Shown in pieces: positions 40,986 to 51,284 of a DNA stretch of 64,000 nucleotides. The stretch is taken from IMG/VR virus record IMGVR_UViG_2859564202_000001; one strand, given 5' to 3'. The translations under genes and the position numbers were made by a program. Origin of the DNA: a virus (Duplodnaviria; Caudoviricetes). How positions within the stretch are numbered: the stretch's first letter is position 1; each line of letters begins with the position of its first letter. Under the pieces are notes generated by a model that searched no databases, was not told the DNA's origin, and saw nothing but the letters and a program-made list of their open reading frames with translations.

Positions 40986-42218
40986 TCAGTCATCATTTCG
41001 CACCGCATGGAACTGTCTCCCGGCTACGTCTTTCCCCCGCTGCCACTCATGCTCCGATGACTTTTTCAATACAGCAAGCACTTTCTCATGCTTTTCACTG
41101 TGTAGATCAATGTCTTCTACTGCTGAACCAGTCGCAATATCACCGATCATGAGGCGTTCTGCGAAAAACGCACTGAGCAAATGCTCAAAAAAGAAATTGT
41201 CGCGTTCGTTTTGTACGCTGCGCTTGTGCAAAAAGCCCAGTGTCTTGTTGATCTGCGCCATCTGCTGCGCCTGTTCATCAAGCGCGTCATTGACACTTTC
41301 CTGCCAACCTACAGATCGGTGTTCATTGAGAATGTCGAGCACAAGCTGGTCATCGTCACTTAAAGACACTAATCCTTGGACATCTTCGTGATTCGCCAGC
41401 AGTGACACAATCCCGAGGTTCACCAAGATCCCGAAAGGAATAGGGCCTCGAAACGTCACACCCTGCTGTGCAAGCTTCTTGTGCACATGATCCTGCAGTA
41501 GATCGGTCAGCCTGGCACTCGTCCTGTGCACAGTACGCAGTTCATCCTCTAGATCCACACCATCGCCATCACGCAACGTAATGCTTGACTTAAAGGCCAC
41601 CACACCTGCACGCGGTGTACACGCTGCTGCATCGGTGGTTGTGCGAGCGCTACGTTGTCGTCGCGGTGCCTGTTTCACAGATTTTTTGCCAGATCGCTTG
41701 GGCTCCTGTGCTAGTTGGTGCTCTTTCGCGGCGTCTAGATCCGCAACTACTTCAACAGCTGGCGCCCCCTGGGTCACCTCTGCAGATTCTGCAACCGCCT
41801 CATGCAACACAGGCGCCTGTGCTACCTCTGTCACAACCTTTATCTCTGATTGCACCCTCTCTCCACCTGACACTGCTGACTGCCCCAACCATGTCTGAGC
41901 ATCAGTGACACCCTGGTAAATATCGCGCAATCCCAGCATCTGCTGAAAAAGCTGCTCCTGCGCTCTTGTCACCGTACCGGCAGCAACACCCTTGTTAATG
42001 CTCTCAGTTAAGGTCACCCATGAGCGCCCATAAGCCGGATGTGTGCTATCACCAAGAAGCAGATTCCTTAACTTATCTGAGCCTAAAGACAGCTTGTCCC
42101 ACAGCTGTGACAGCACACTGTGTAGCCGTGCATTACCAGCGACAAGATCCACCTCATCAAAACGAACACCATCGGTCACCACAATTGGTGTCACGGCCTT
42201 AGTCATGATCACCACCAC
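40986..42218 (-). CDS. Hypothetical protein
   Basis: 410-aa ORF overlapping the upstream gene. Confidence 0.7.
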   Translation of the reverse strand: MVVIMTKAVTPIVVTDGVRFDEVDLVAGNARLHSVLSQLWDKLSLGSDKLRNLLLGDSTHPAYGRSWVTLTESINKGVAAGTVTRAQEQLFQQMLGLRDIYQGVTDAQTWLGQSAVSGGERVQSEIKVVTEVAQAPVLHEAVAESAEVTQGAPAVEVVADLDAAKEHQLAQEPKRSGKKSVKQAPRRQRSARTTTDAAACTPRAGVVAFKSSITLRDGDGVDLEDELRTVHRTSARLTDLLQDHVHKKLAQQGVTFRGPIPFGILVNLGIVSLLANHEDVQGLVSLSDDDQLVLDILNEHRSVGWQESVNDALDEQAQQMAQINKTLGFLHKRSVQNERDNFFFEHLLSAFFAERLMIGDIATGSAVEDIDLHSEKHEKVLAVLKKSSEHEWQRGKDVAGRQFHAVRNDD

Positions 42219-43377
42219 CCTCGCCCATCAACGCAGCACTAAGCTCTGCAGCGAGCGCATCAACTTCTTTTTTAAGCCGTTCATTTTCTGCTTCTAATTC
42301 ATGCTGCTGCTGAGCATGGGATTCACCCTCGGCAAGTGCCTTAGCGTAGACCTCATCAAGTTCCTTATTATGTGCCACCTGAGTCATCAGCCCCAAGCGT
42401 CGCAACACCACGCTGTGCTCAATACCGTTGAGCTGCATAAAAGACCGAATTGCCTGATCAATCGGTGTAATAGTCTCACCCGCTAGATCGACACTCATCT
42501 CTACGTGCTCAACCTTGGGTACCGGCTCTGGCGTTGGTTCTGACGCAACGACCTGTTCAGCAACAACCGCTACGCTGTCAGCGTCATGAGCAGGTGTCAC
42601 CACAACCTGTTCATCAACGTTGTCTACTACAGCTATATCCTGATCCATCTCTACGTTCTCCTTCTCTGTTTCCTCGGTGGTCTTTATCATTTCGGTGACA
42701 TCATCATCATGGGGCTCGTTCTCCGGTGGGCGCTGGTAACGATTTTTAAGTTCTTCCAGCATGATCGCCCCATCAGCACCGACAAAGACGCTGAGATCCT
42801 GGTGTCCATCTCGCATAGCCTGCTCATGCCTTATGTGGCGGTGAACATCAACCTGCCCAAAAGCCAGCTCAAAATGCGTACCAAAAAACACTCCCGCCCC
42901 CACATCTGCGGCAGTCGCGCCAGCTGTATTCTCTTGCCCGCCATCATCTATGTCGGTGTTCACTGCCGGTTGTGTTCGGATGGGTGGTCCTGGTCGCAGT
43001 GCATTGGGTACGGGAAGTCTGGGTCGAAAAGATCGCACCGCTGTCGCAGTGCCGGTGAAATCACGGGGATTGTCTACCGACTCTTCGTGACTGCCCTCTT
43101 GTGCAGACTCTTCTGTACTTGTCCCAGTGTCTTCAGCAACAGCCTCAGAGACATGGTTATCACTGCTCAACTCACCTAGCGGACCAGCGTCACGGGGTTC
43201 ATCCTGAGCAAAAGGGTCCTCATCAAACTCGTCCTCATCATCAAGGTCTGCTGCATAGTCATAAGGCTCGACTGACCCTTGTACGCCAGCTTCAGCCTCT
43301 AATGCAGCTAATTCATCGGCTAAGGCAGCTTCCTCAAGGGCAGCATCCTCTAAGGCTTCTCGTTCCTGCTCGTTCAT
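42199..43377 (-). CDS. Highly acidic low-complexity protein with C-terminal coiled coil
   Basis: Asp/Glu-rich 392-aa ORF in an operon. Confidence 0.7.
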   Translation of the reverse strand: MNEQEREALEDAALEEAALADELAALEAEAGVQGSVEPYDYAADLDDEDEFDEDPFAQDEPRDAGPLGELSSDNHVSEAVAEDTGTSTEESAQEGSHEESVDNPRDFTGTATAVRSFRPRLPVPNALRPGPPIRTQPAVNTDIDDGGQENTAGATAADVGAGVFFGTHFELAFGQVDVHRHIRHEQAMRDGHQDLSVFVGADGAIMLEELKNRYQRPPENEPHDDDVTEMIKTTEETEKENVEMDQDIAVVDNVDEQVVVTPAHDADSVAVVAEQVVASEPTPEPVPKVEHVEMSVDLAGETITPIDQAIRSFMQLNGIEHSVVLRRLGLMTQVAHNKELDEVYAKALAEGESHAQQQHELEAENERLKKEVDALAAELSAALMGEGGGDHD

Positions 43378-43382
43378 CGGGT

Positions 43383-43742
43383 TTAACCCAGGTCATCGAG
43401 ATCATCAGAGAGATACGAGTCGCCACGAGTCATACCGATAATGGTGTTGAAACCACTAGTTACAACTGTCGTGTTGTTCGCCAACTCACGACCAAACGAG
43501 CTGAGCTGATCAATGATTTGGTTCATGCGGTTATCCAACAGTGAATTCGGAATAACGTGCACACCGTTATCACGATCAATCTTCTCTCTGATCGCCTCTT
43601 CTGCATACGCGCTCAGCGAGATACCTTTTCGATCTGCCCAATAAATTGCCCGCTGGTGGGTGTCTGAATCAAAGCGCAGTGTGGCACGTACATGAACCTT
43701 TTTCTCGTCTGCCATGTCTATCCCTATTCTCCGAAAATCCAT
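43383..43742 (-). CDS. Ribbon-helix-helix (CopG/MobC-like) DNA-binding protein
   Basis: VRATLRFDSDTHQRAIYWADRKGISLSAYAEEAIREKI. Confidence 0.7.
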   Translation of the reverse strand: MDFRRIGIDMADEKKVHVRATLRFDSDTHQRAIYWADRKGISLSAYAEEAIREKIDRDNGVHVIPNSLLDNRMNQIIDQLSSFGRELANNTTVVTSGFNTIIGMTRGDSYLSDDLDDLG

Positions 43743-43775
43743 TAATGTTAATGATTAAGTTAGTCTATTTCATAG

Positions 43776-44462
43776 TTGATTAACTTATCCACTACCCAGA
43801 CCTCTACAAGAAAGTTCCCCAGAATGTCACTATCTATTAGTTTTCATAAAATTGCACTCTCTGCCACCACCTTGCTTGGCGCTGTCGCAATCTCTGCCTG
43901 TGCGCTAGTAACTCAAGCACCTCCTATTAACGCAGCCCCGGTTACTGGCAGCAGCTCATTAAGCTCCACCCTCGACCTGGGCACCACCACCCCTACCAGC
44001 ATCGACACAGTAAAACTCACTCAGCAAGCACAAAATCAAGCGGCACCACGCGTTGCAGCGAGCCTGGTGCGCGTGGTTGACGGCGACACCATTGTCGTGA
44101 ACTATCAGGGTGCTCAGAAAACTGTTCGTATGATCGGTATTGATTCCCCCGAAACCAAACACCCCACCAAGCCTGTGGGCTTCTACGGACCAGAATCTTC
44201 ACAGAATCTCACCACCATGCTGCGCGGTGCCACCATCACACTAGAATTTGATTCCACCCAAGCCCGCGAAGATCAATACGGACGCCTGCTTGCTTATGTC
44301 TGGTACACCAAGGGCGATAGCGGTCTTAAGCTTGCCAATTTGGAACAAATTGCCTCAGGCTCTGCTGCTGAATACAGCTTCGACACCCGCTACAACCACC
44401 GCAATATTTTCCTACGTGCACAAACCCTTGCCAAGGCAAGCAGTCTAGGTATGTGGGGTTAA
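43776..44462 (+). CDS. nuc: Secreted thermonuclease (SNase family)
   Basis: RVVDGDTI, VRMIGIDSPE, DQYGRLLAYV, A.....GMW. Confidence 0.92.
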   Translation: MINLSTTQTSTRKFPRMSLSISFHKIALSATTLLGAVAISACALVTQAPPINAAPVTGSSSLSSTLDLGTTTPTSIDTVKLTQQAQNQAAPRVAASLVRVVDGDTIVVNYQGAQKTVRMIGIDSPETKHPTKPVGFYGPESSQNLTTMLRGATITLEFDSTQAREDQYGRLLAYVWYTKGDSGLKLANLEQIASGSAAEYSFDTRYNHRNIFLRAQTLAKASSLGMWG

Positions 44463-44486
44463 AAGAAACCCACCTATACCAACCAC

Positions 44487-44534
44487 AAACCCCCAGCAAC
44501 GTGCACCGAAGTCACGGTGGTTGCTGGGGGTTTT
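44487..44534. terminator. Bidirectional terminator between nuc and the peptide operon
   Basis: aaacccccagcaac...gttgctgggggtttt. Confidence 0.8.
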
Positions 44535-44588
44535 ACCCTGCCGGAGGCAGGGTCGGGTCAACATGCGCGAGAAGTTTAACAGCGCATG

Positions 44589-44708
44589 TTAGCCAATCGC
44601 GTTCATGAGCTTGACAAAAAAGTTGAGCAAGCCATTGGCGTTGTCCAAAAAGGTGCCGAGTCCATCGGAGCTAAGAACACCTTCGAGCTTTGAGCTGAGT
44701 CCATCCAT
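44589..44708 (-). CDS. 39-aa amphipathic peptide, PorA-like
   Basis: AGAAAGG RBS; MDGLSSKLEGVLSSDGLGTFLDNANGLLNFFVKLMNAIG*; below the ORF-track cutoff; no signal peptide. Confidence 0.65.
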   Translation of the reverse strand: MDGLSSKLEGVLSSDGLGTFLDNANGLLNFFVKLMNAIG

Positions 44709-44760
44709 TGTGTAACAACCTTTCTTGAGAATTTTTTAAGAGAGAAAAAGCAACGCCTGA

Positions 44761-44904
44761 CTAGGCGCTAAATGCCTCGCCGTAGCCTTCGACACCAAGT
44801 TCAGTAGAGATCAAACCACCAAGGTCAAGCAGATCCCCAAAACCAAGCACCTGCGAGATCGCACTGGCGCTGAGCAGACCTTCCAGCACTGCACTAAGCA
44901 TCAT
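44761..44904 (-). CDS. 47-aa acidic/hydrophobic peptide, PorH-like
   Basis: MMLSAVLEGLLSASAISQVLGFGDLLDLGGLISTELGVEGYGEAFSA*; GAAAG upstream; AT-rich promoter region at 44930-44990. Confidence 0.55.
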   Translation of the reverse strand: MMLSAVLEGLLSASAISQVLGFGDLLDLGGLISTELGVEGYGEAFSA

Positions 44905-45078
44905 CACCACAAACTTTCACAGTAGTTTTTTCATTAACTTTGTTGATTAAGTTTCAATAAAGTTTACTATATACTAAAGTGGAAACCAAAGACGAGGAAA
45001 GTATGTCTATTTGTTTGTCCCCAGGTTGTCCACATTTGTTTTATTCCCCGAGAATGTCCTAGAAAGGAACTCGACCCC

Positions 45079-45645
45079 ATGTCCTATTCACTCATTATTT
45101 CTAAAGCACCAACCCACTCCATGCCTTTTAATGAGGCTGAACTCCTAGAGCTTGTCGATGAACTGCACTCCGACAACACCGTGAAAAAGCCGGTTATTGT
45201 GCCACTCCCCGATGATTTCTCCTACACCGTAGATAGCGCCGTGCGACTACATGATTTGGGTGTTGACCAGGAACTGACTGACTGGATTACTGCACAAGTT
45301 GCTGCAGCCTATCCAAACCAGATCGTCTCAGAGATTGCTGCTGCCCCTGATCCGCAAGCCAAGACCTTATTCTCCGCCAATGCGTATAACACCAGGTCTT
45401 TTGGTACTTTTTGGACTGAGCACCCTATTACACAGCTCCAATACAAGCGCTGCTACCAAATTGTCATCGAGAACGTTACGGGTGTCTATCATCCGTTACC
45501 TGTTGATAACTACCGCTACGTACCCCCTGTCACGCCCTCATTGCCACAGCCGGTCTACCACGAAGCTATCGCCTTAAATGAGTCTGATGTCGCTGATCAC
45601 GGTACTCGTGCAGCCAAGCACGCAATGATCAACCGCAACGTATAA
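45079..45645 (+). CDS. Hypothetical protein
   Basis: AGAAAGGA RBS; followed by a terminator. Confidence 0.7.
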   Translation: MSYSLIISKAPTHSMPFNEAELLELVDELHSDNTVKKPVIVPLPDDFSYTVDSAVRLHDLGVDQELTDWITAQVAAAYPNQIVSEIAAAPDPQAKTLFSANAYNTRSFGTFWTEHPITQLQYKRCYQIVIENVTGVYHPLPVDNYRYVPPVTPSLPQPVYHEAIALNESDVADHGTRAAKHAMINRNV

Positions 45646-45738
45646 CCACACACGCCACAGATACTCAGCTATCTGTGGCGTGTTGTTTTACATCAACCTC
45701 TCACCCATCCCCCATCACTATTAAAGAAAATCACCATC

Positions 45739-47193
45739 ATGACCCACACTGATACCCCAGCCCCTGCACACGGCGTAACACCGAGTGAATTCGCTGTTAC
45801 CTCACACGAACTCACCACCTCACCAACACCTAGTCCGACACAGGTCGCTATTGCAGCCCAGGAAAAAATTCGCCAGCGCAAGCTCGAAGAGCTTAAAGCA
45901 AAAAAGCGCACAGACACGACAGCTCAACCACTTCTACCTGCACCTGTGCTGCATACACGCCCACTCCCCTCACCGAATCCACCGCGACCATCTCCACCGG
46001 CACCTACCACTGGACACTGGGAACTTCTTATTGTCAGGTCACAGCAGAAGAAAATGACCGCAGCCAATCCCTTTCTCAAATTCCTTCATCTCGGTAAAGC
46101 CTTCAACGTGAAAGACCTAGGGCTCACCTGCGATCGCACCACTGATGTTGACCTCTCACGGCTAGGCAAGCTCAATCCGCCCAGCTCACTTATCCTTGAA
46201 CTAGCAACGGCACTTGACCTGCATCCATTCCTCTCAGTCGCACTCTCTTCGCACAGTGCGGTCAACGCCCGTCGCAACCAACTTGAATTAACCCTGCACA
46301 ACCATGACACTCAGGGCACAGCATTAGGTCACAGCGTTACTATGGTCCAGCTACCCGAGGTCATTAATCGAGCTGCTGTAGAGCCCTATATCAAACCCAA
46401 GGGCTCGGGCAATGACCCGCTTGACCAAAGCCTGAACCACCGCGCACCCACCGTAAGTGACGTGCAAAAAGCCCTTGTGCAGGAAAACACAGGCACGGCA
46501 ACAGACAGCAACAACTACCTGCTTCCTTTTGATCCTGATTCTGGTGCACCAAAAACCACCGCGCTTAATGCGCCTAATAAGGATCTCCTACAGGCCAGGC
46601 ATGAGCTTGCCTATATTCCCGAGATCCCCGCCATTGCATCGTGGCTCGATCACCTTGACCCCATCATGCGTGTGCACCGTAGTCTTGCGCTTTCAATTTT
46701 CCCAGTGCAGCTTCTACGTGCTGCCGTTGAGAATCTCCCTCATAACGTAACCGATCTGCATAATCACCTTGATCCTGAGGATCTGCTCCCTGAGGAACTC
46801 ACCACCTGGCTCGATCACCTCTTCGATGCAGACTTAACCGCTCTCGCTTCATGCCCACAGCTTGCACCACCTATCGTGCGCAGCCACAATCACGCCAAAG
46901 CGATCGCAGCTATCACCGTGACCTCTGTCATGGACGCTCTCATCGCCAAAACTCTTGATGCGCATGACGATCCACTGCCCTCACTACCGGAGTTTGTAGA
47001 ACTACTGCGTGACGCTGTAGCCCAGCTCGCAGCGCATTTTAAGCAGCAGCGCGGCGAGGTACTACCGCAGCCCAATGGCTTGCGATACGCCACCGACTTT
47101 GGCCTGCTCTCTTATATTGCCGATGGCTTACATGAATATGCACTTGCCATCGACTTCGGGCTGATCTACCCGAATGAACTCATCACCGAGTAA
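45739..47193 (+). CDS. Hypothetical protein with a possible degenerate XRE HTH
   Basis: Pro-rich N-terminus; ...LSRLGKLNPPSSLILELATALDL. Confidence 0.65.
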   Translation: MTHTDTPAPAHGVTPSEFAVTSHELTTSPTPSPTQVAIAAQEKIRQRKLEELKAKKRTDTTAQPLLPAPVLHTRPLPSPNPPRPSPPAPTTGHWELLIVRSQQKKMTAANPFLKFLHLGKAFNVKDLGLTCDRTTDVDLSRLGKLNPPSSLILELATALDLHPFLSVALSSHSAVNARRNQLELTLHNHDTQGTALGHSVTMVQLPEVINRAAVEPYIKPKGSGNDPLDQSLNHRAPTVSDVQKALVQENTGTATDSNNYLLPFDPDSGAPKTTALNAPNKDLLQARHELAYIPEIPAIASWLDHLDPIMRVHRSLALSIFPVQLLRAAVENLPHNVTDLHNHLDPEDLLPEELTTWLDHLFDADLTALASCPQLAPPIVRSHNHAKAIAAITVTSVMDALIAKTLDAHDDPLPSLPEFVELLRDAVAQLAAHFKQQRGEVLPQPNGLRYATDFGLLSYIADGLHEYALAIDFGLIYPNELITE

Positions 47194-47219
47194 ACCCACT
47201 CCTAGAAAGGTCTTTACCC

Positions 47220-47681
47220 ATGTCTCGTATCATCACTGCTCCCGTCCACAAGCCTTATATTATTGCTCGTGAAGTCAAGGGGGTCTCCCATGTCCACGAC
47301 ACTGTTGGCGGCAAGTGGCAGGCCACCTTGCACACACTTAAACCGGGGCCCTCCTGGCCGAAACCGTCACAGTTCACTGCGCCTAAATCCACGTCCATCT
47401 GGTTTATTGCGGTAGCAACCCACCCACGTAACCCACGGGCACGCAAAGGTACCCTACTTGGTCGCGGTGGTCTTTACGAACTCAAAGACACTGATCTGAA
47501 CTTTCTCACAGAGCGACAGGATTTGCTCGCCACATCTACCTCTCGTGACCCAGAGGATTGCCGTTTACGCTTTAATTCGCGTCACGATGCAGCAGCATTT
47601 TTACATGCTAACGCCCGCCACATCAACAAGCTTTTTCATCCAGCACTAGGTCATGCTCGCTACGATCTCATAGATGTGTAA
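47220..47681 (+). CDS. Basic hypothetical protein
   Basis: AGAAAGG RBS. Confidence 0.65.
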   Translation: MSRIITAPVHKPYIIAREVKGVSHVHDTVGGKWQATLHTLKPGPSWPKPSQFTAPKSTSIWFIAVATHPRNPRARKGTLLGRGGLYELKDTDLNFLTERQDLLATSTSRDPEDCRLRFNSRHDAAAFLHANARHINKLFHPALGHARYDLIDV

Positions 47682-47809
47682 GCACAACGCTTAGCTTATG
47701 AGCCCAAAATAACTACTACCCCCTCCGGGTGTGGGGTAGCTGTAACAACTACCCCACAATCTCAGCCGGTCTTCCATACATAACTGCGAAATTGGTTAGA
47801 GTCTTTTTC

Positions 47810-48952
47810 ATGATGCTCTACCAACACACCACACGCGGGCTGATCATTAGTGACGCGATCATCGCGAAAATCAGCCAAGTCAACCAACTGCTGCTACTAA
47901 GACCCACGCTGTTGCAAGACAAAGATATGCACCATGCGACATTGAGTAGCGACACCCCATCAATTCGCAGTCGCCGTCGCTCCTATCGCGAGAATAAAGC
48001 CGCCTATGCGACCACGAGCACCATCAGAAACCGTGAGACCTTTTTCAGCACATCTGATATTGATTTCGCCATACTCATGATTCAGGACGTACAAGAATCT
48101 CTCGTATCTTTTGACCCCACCTTGGCTCAAGATATGAAGCCAAGAACCAACGCAGTCATTTCTGCACTCAATGAGCTACGCGAGCCACTGGATACCTTCT
48201 ACCGTGCCCATGAATACGGTGACATCATCAGCGATGGTGCTTATGAGTTCGATCATGCTGCCATTGATGCACAACACAGCCTTAGTGAACTCGTTGCCGG
48301 TCTGCATAATTATGACAACCTCATGTTTCCCCAGGAAACCGCTCCGTTGATGAGTGAATCCAATGGCATTCAGCTGGCTCAGTACTATAAGTCCACCAAA
48401 CTCGATGAGTCACAATTGACGGTGGAACCTAATGAGCCTGGTATCAGCATTATGTGGCACGCCCATGATTTCACCTGGTCTTGCCTAGTGCGCTATGACG
48501 ACATGAACCGTTACCCTGAGCATTTCAGCATTTCTTTTAAAGACATGCTGATCCCTGAACAGATCTATACTTTCCACTTCACCCCACGTGAGGCAATGCA
48601 ACTGCGCAAGGTACTTTTTAATGCCATCGCTGCCTACAAGTCTCAGACATGGGGTGATGAGAACACTGATCTCACCAAGGCTGAACTCGAATTTGGTGGC
48701 ACCTCCATGACCTTCCGCGCCGGCCTCTCACAGCTTAGCGTCACCGGACCTCCTGATCACCGCCAGGTGTTCTGCTTGTCGTCTTCTGGTCGTGAGGATC
48801 ACAACACCCCGCCAAACATGCGAGACGGACATGTCATTGATATTGCGGTTACTCAATTGTCCACCCTGCGTAACCTCATTCGGGTACTGTGCACCACTCA
48901 CCCGGATCATTCACCAGCACTGCTACCTTATGGTCAGCAGTACACCATCTAA
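47810..48952 (+). CDS. Hypothetical protein
   Basis: Long ORF followed by terminator 48974-49010. Confidence 0.7.
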   Translation: MMLYQHTTRGLIISDAIIAKISQVNQLLLLRPTLLQDKDMHHATLSSDTPSIRSRRRSYRENKAAYATTSTIRNRETFFSTSDIDFAILMIQDVQESLVSFDPTLAQDMKPRTNAVISALNELREPLDTFYRAHEYGDIISDGAYEFDHAAIDAQHSLSELVAGLHNYDNLMFPQETAPLMSESNGIQLAQYYKSTKLDESQLTVEPNEPGISIMWHAHDFTWSCLVRYDDMNRYPEHFSISFKDMLIPEQIYTFHFTPREAMQLRKVLFNAIAAYKSQTWGDENTDLTKAELEFGGTSMTFRAGLSQLSVTGPPDHRQVFCLSSSGREDHNTPPNMRDGHVIDIAVTQLSTLRNLIRVLCTTHPDHSPALLPYGQQYTI

Positions 48953-49147
48953 CATGCTCTAACTCGACCCCGAAACACCCTGTCGCCATCATTGCGACAG
49001 GGTGTTTTTGCATGTCCGGGGTCATGTGAAACTCAGACTAATTACTTTAGTATTTAGTCAATTAGCCAACTACGATAAAACTAGTGAATAAACATACTAG
49101 TTCACTTTGTCGCGCTTAAAATACTAGAAAGTAATATAAAAAAACTC

Positions 49148-50569
49148 ATGCGTTATACTCCCCGTACCCACCGCGCACTCGGACTTGCTGCACTTACCGC
49201 TACAGCTCTCCTACTGAGCTCATGCTCGACCACCGCTGACCTTCTCGGCGCCGATTCTGTGGCGCAGGCTGTCACCGATGGTGGCTCTGCCCTTGATCCC
49301 ACTGCAGCTCATGTGCTCACCATCACCAATGCCACTGCAATGACTCTTGCTGAGCTACCAGAAAACACCGACCCTGACGCAGCCAATAACACGGAGCCAA
49401 CAATGGCCCAAAGCGCCCTCAAGCGTATTTACGGTCTCGAAATTGCCGCCGATGGCACTCTGATTGCTGTCGCAGCGCCATTAACCTCGCGAAATAGTGG
49501 TTCTGAGCAGCCTACTGTCGCAGCAATGGCTGATCCAGAAAACAATGCTGAACTCACCACAGCACATATTCTTGAGATCGACCCAGCCACAGGAACTGCC
49601 ACACCACGTCAAGATATTGCTCTGACTGAAGATTTTCAGACCATGGCTAGCTCTTTTAGCCAGATCCGTAATGGCTGGGGTACTACCCAACTCATCGGAC
49701 AACACCCTGATGATCCCAAGCAACCTATTCGTTCAGCTGATACCTGGACTGTCACCGGCTCCACTCAGATCACCGGCTTTAACACCAACACCCCAACGGG
49801 AACCGAAGATGCTGCCTACACCATGCCGGCGACTGAGCCAGCTGTGGGACTGTGCGCTCTAGAATCAGGCTCCGATGCACCACTGGATGAACACCGTGAG
49901 CTCAGCACCAGTGCATTGCGTACCGCATCAGTATTGTCGAGCTCTGGATCTGCCACCCTCAAGCTGCATGATCCTATGGTCATGTCTGCTACTGGCATTG
50001 TCCAAGCACGCGCCTATGTCGATGGCGAAGTCATTAACCAGCACGAGATTGGCGATCTCCGCGAGCAGCTCGGTATCAACATCGAAGAATCTGAGGCTGC
50101 TCAAGCAGAATCGGATGCCCAAGCAGCCACCGATCACCCACTTGCAGCCCTGGGCTTAAGCAACCCCACCAGCTCAGCGTTGGTTCCAGGTCTTGCTGAG
50201 CTTGATTGTCTCAGTGCTGACCAGGCTGCCACCTGGCATAACCGCGACACCAGCATTGGCACCGGTAAGCCCAGCGTGCTTGCTGTCATCAACGCGGAAA
50301 TGGCCGATGACTTTACCCTGCAGCTGTTGAGCTCAGGTGCCACCACTGCCGAAACGCAGCTTGCCCAGCTGCCGGATGAAACCGCGTTCGTGCTCATTGA
50401 CCCATCATCTGGTGCTGTTACTGACCTGTTCTTTATCCAAAGTCTCAACACTGATCTGCCGGCACCAACAACCCAGATTAATTCTATTGCTGTTGATGAG
50501 CGCGACCCCAACATCATCTACGCCACTTTTAGCGGCGATGACCACCTGTACCAAATGATGCTGGGTTAG
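49148..50569 (+). CDS. Lipoprotein (intact copy of the 15260-16317 fragment)
   Basis: Lipobox LSSC; acidic Ala/Thr-rich. Confidence 0.8.
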   Translation: MRYTPRTHRALGLAALTATALLLSSCSTTADLLGADSVAQAVTDGGSALDPTAAHVLTITNATAMTLAELPENTDPDAANNTEPTMAQSALKRIYGLEIAADGTLIAVAAPLTSRNSGSEQPTVAAMADPENNAELTTAHILEIDPATGTATPRQDIALTEDFQTMASSFSQIRNGWGTTQLIGQHPDDPKQPIRSADTWTVTGSTQITGFNTNTPTGTEDAAYTMPATEPAVGLCALESGSDAPLDEHRELSTSALRTASVLSSSGSATLKLHDPMVMSATGIVQARAYVDGEVINQHEIGDLREQLGINIEESEAAQAESDAQAATDHPLAALGLSNPTSSALVPGLAELDCLSADQAATWHNRDTSIGTGKPSVLAVINAEMADDFTLQLLSSGATTAETQLAQLPDETAFVLIDPSSGAVTDLFFIQSLNTDLPAPTTQINSIAVDERDPNIIYATFSGDDHLYQMMLG

Positions 50570-50622
50570 TTACACAACTAACTAACCAGGCACCAACATT
50601 TTCTTAAAGAAACACCCTTATC

Positions 50623-51216
50623 ATGACTTTTCTCCACCCCAAGGCTGCGTTCTACCCTCTCACCATGGATCATCTTACCGATCTCGGTCTTGATCCTGAG
50701 CAACTCATTAATGAGTTGCCGACGATTACCTACGACGTTCAACCACACAATGTCTTTGTTCTACAGTTCAGCACCGCCGATGTGCGCGTCTACCAGGAAG
50801 GTAATACCCTTTTTATCCGCAGTGCTGAATTAATCAACCCTGAACTACGACAACGACAGCGCACACAGCTCAACGACGATCTCAACAACCCTGCTTCACT
50901 TCGCGTCTGTGATGAGATCAGTGGCCGCAGCACCGTGTTCCTCAAAGACAAAAGTGTTGTCACTCACGATCACGGACCAATTGCTGTGATTCCGCATAAT
51001 CCTGATGAAGCCAGCGCCAAGGCTGTCGCTACCAAACATAAGCACACCTTGTCCGGCGCTACCTCTGATCACCCTTATGCCGGCATGACGCTTAAAGACA
51101 TGATTGAACAGGGCTTTACGCTCACACCGCTGGAATTCCCGCTCTGTGCTGTCGATGATCCAACAGATTCTGATCGCACCATGCACGTGATCAATGTTCG
51201 CGAGCACAGTATGTAG
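50623..51216 (+). CDS. Hypothetical protein, paralog of 16436-17026
   Basis: Direct sequence similarity. Confidence 0.8.
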   Translation: MTFLHPKAAFYPLTMDHLTDLGLDPEQLINELPTITYDVQPHNVFVLQFSTADVRVYQEGNTLFIRSAELINPELRQRQRTQLNDDLNNPASLRVCDEISGRSTVFLKDKSVVTHDHGPIAVIPHNPDEASAKAVATKHKHTLSGATSDHPYAGMTLKDMIEQGFTLTPLEFPLCAVDDPTDSDRTMHVINVREHSM

Positions 51217-51284
51217 ATTCTAAAGTGCGGTACAACCTGTACCGCCCACACAATTCCACCCTTTAAGAAAAGGACTTAGCCATC

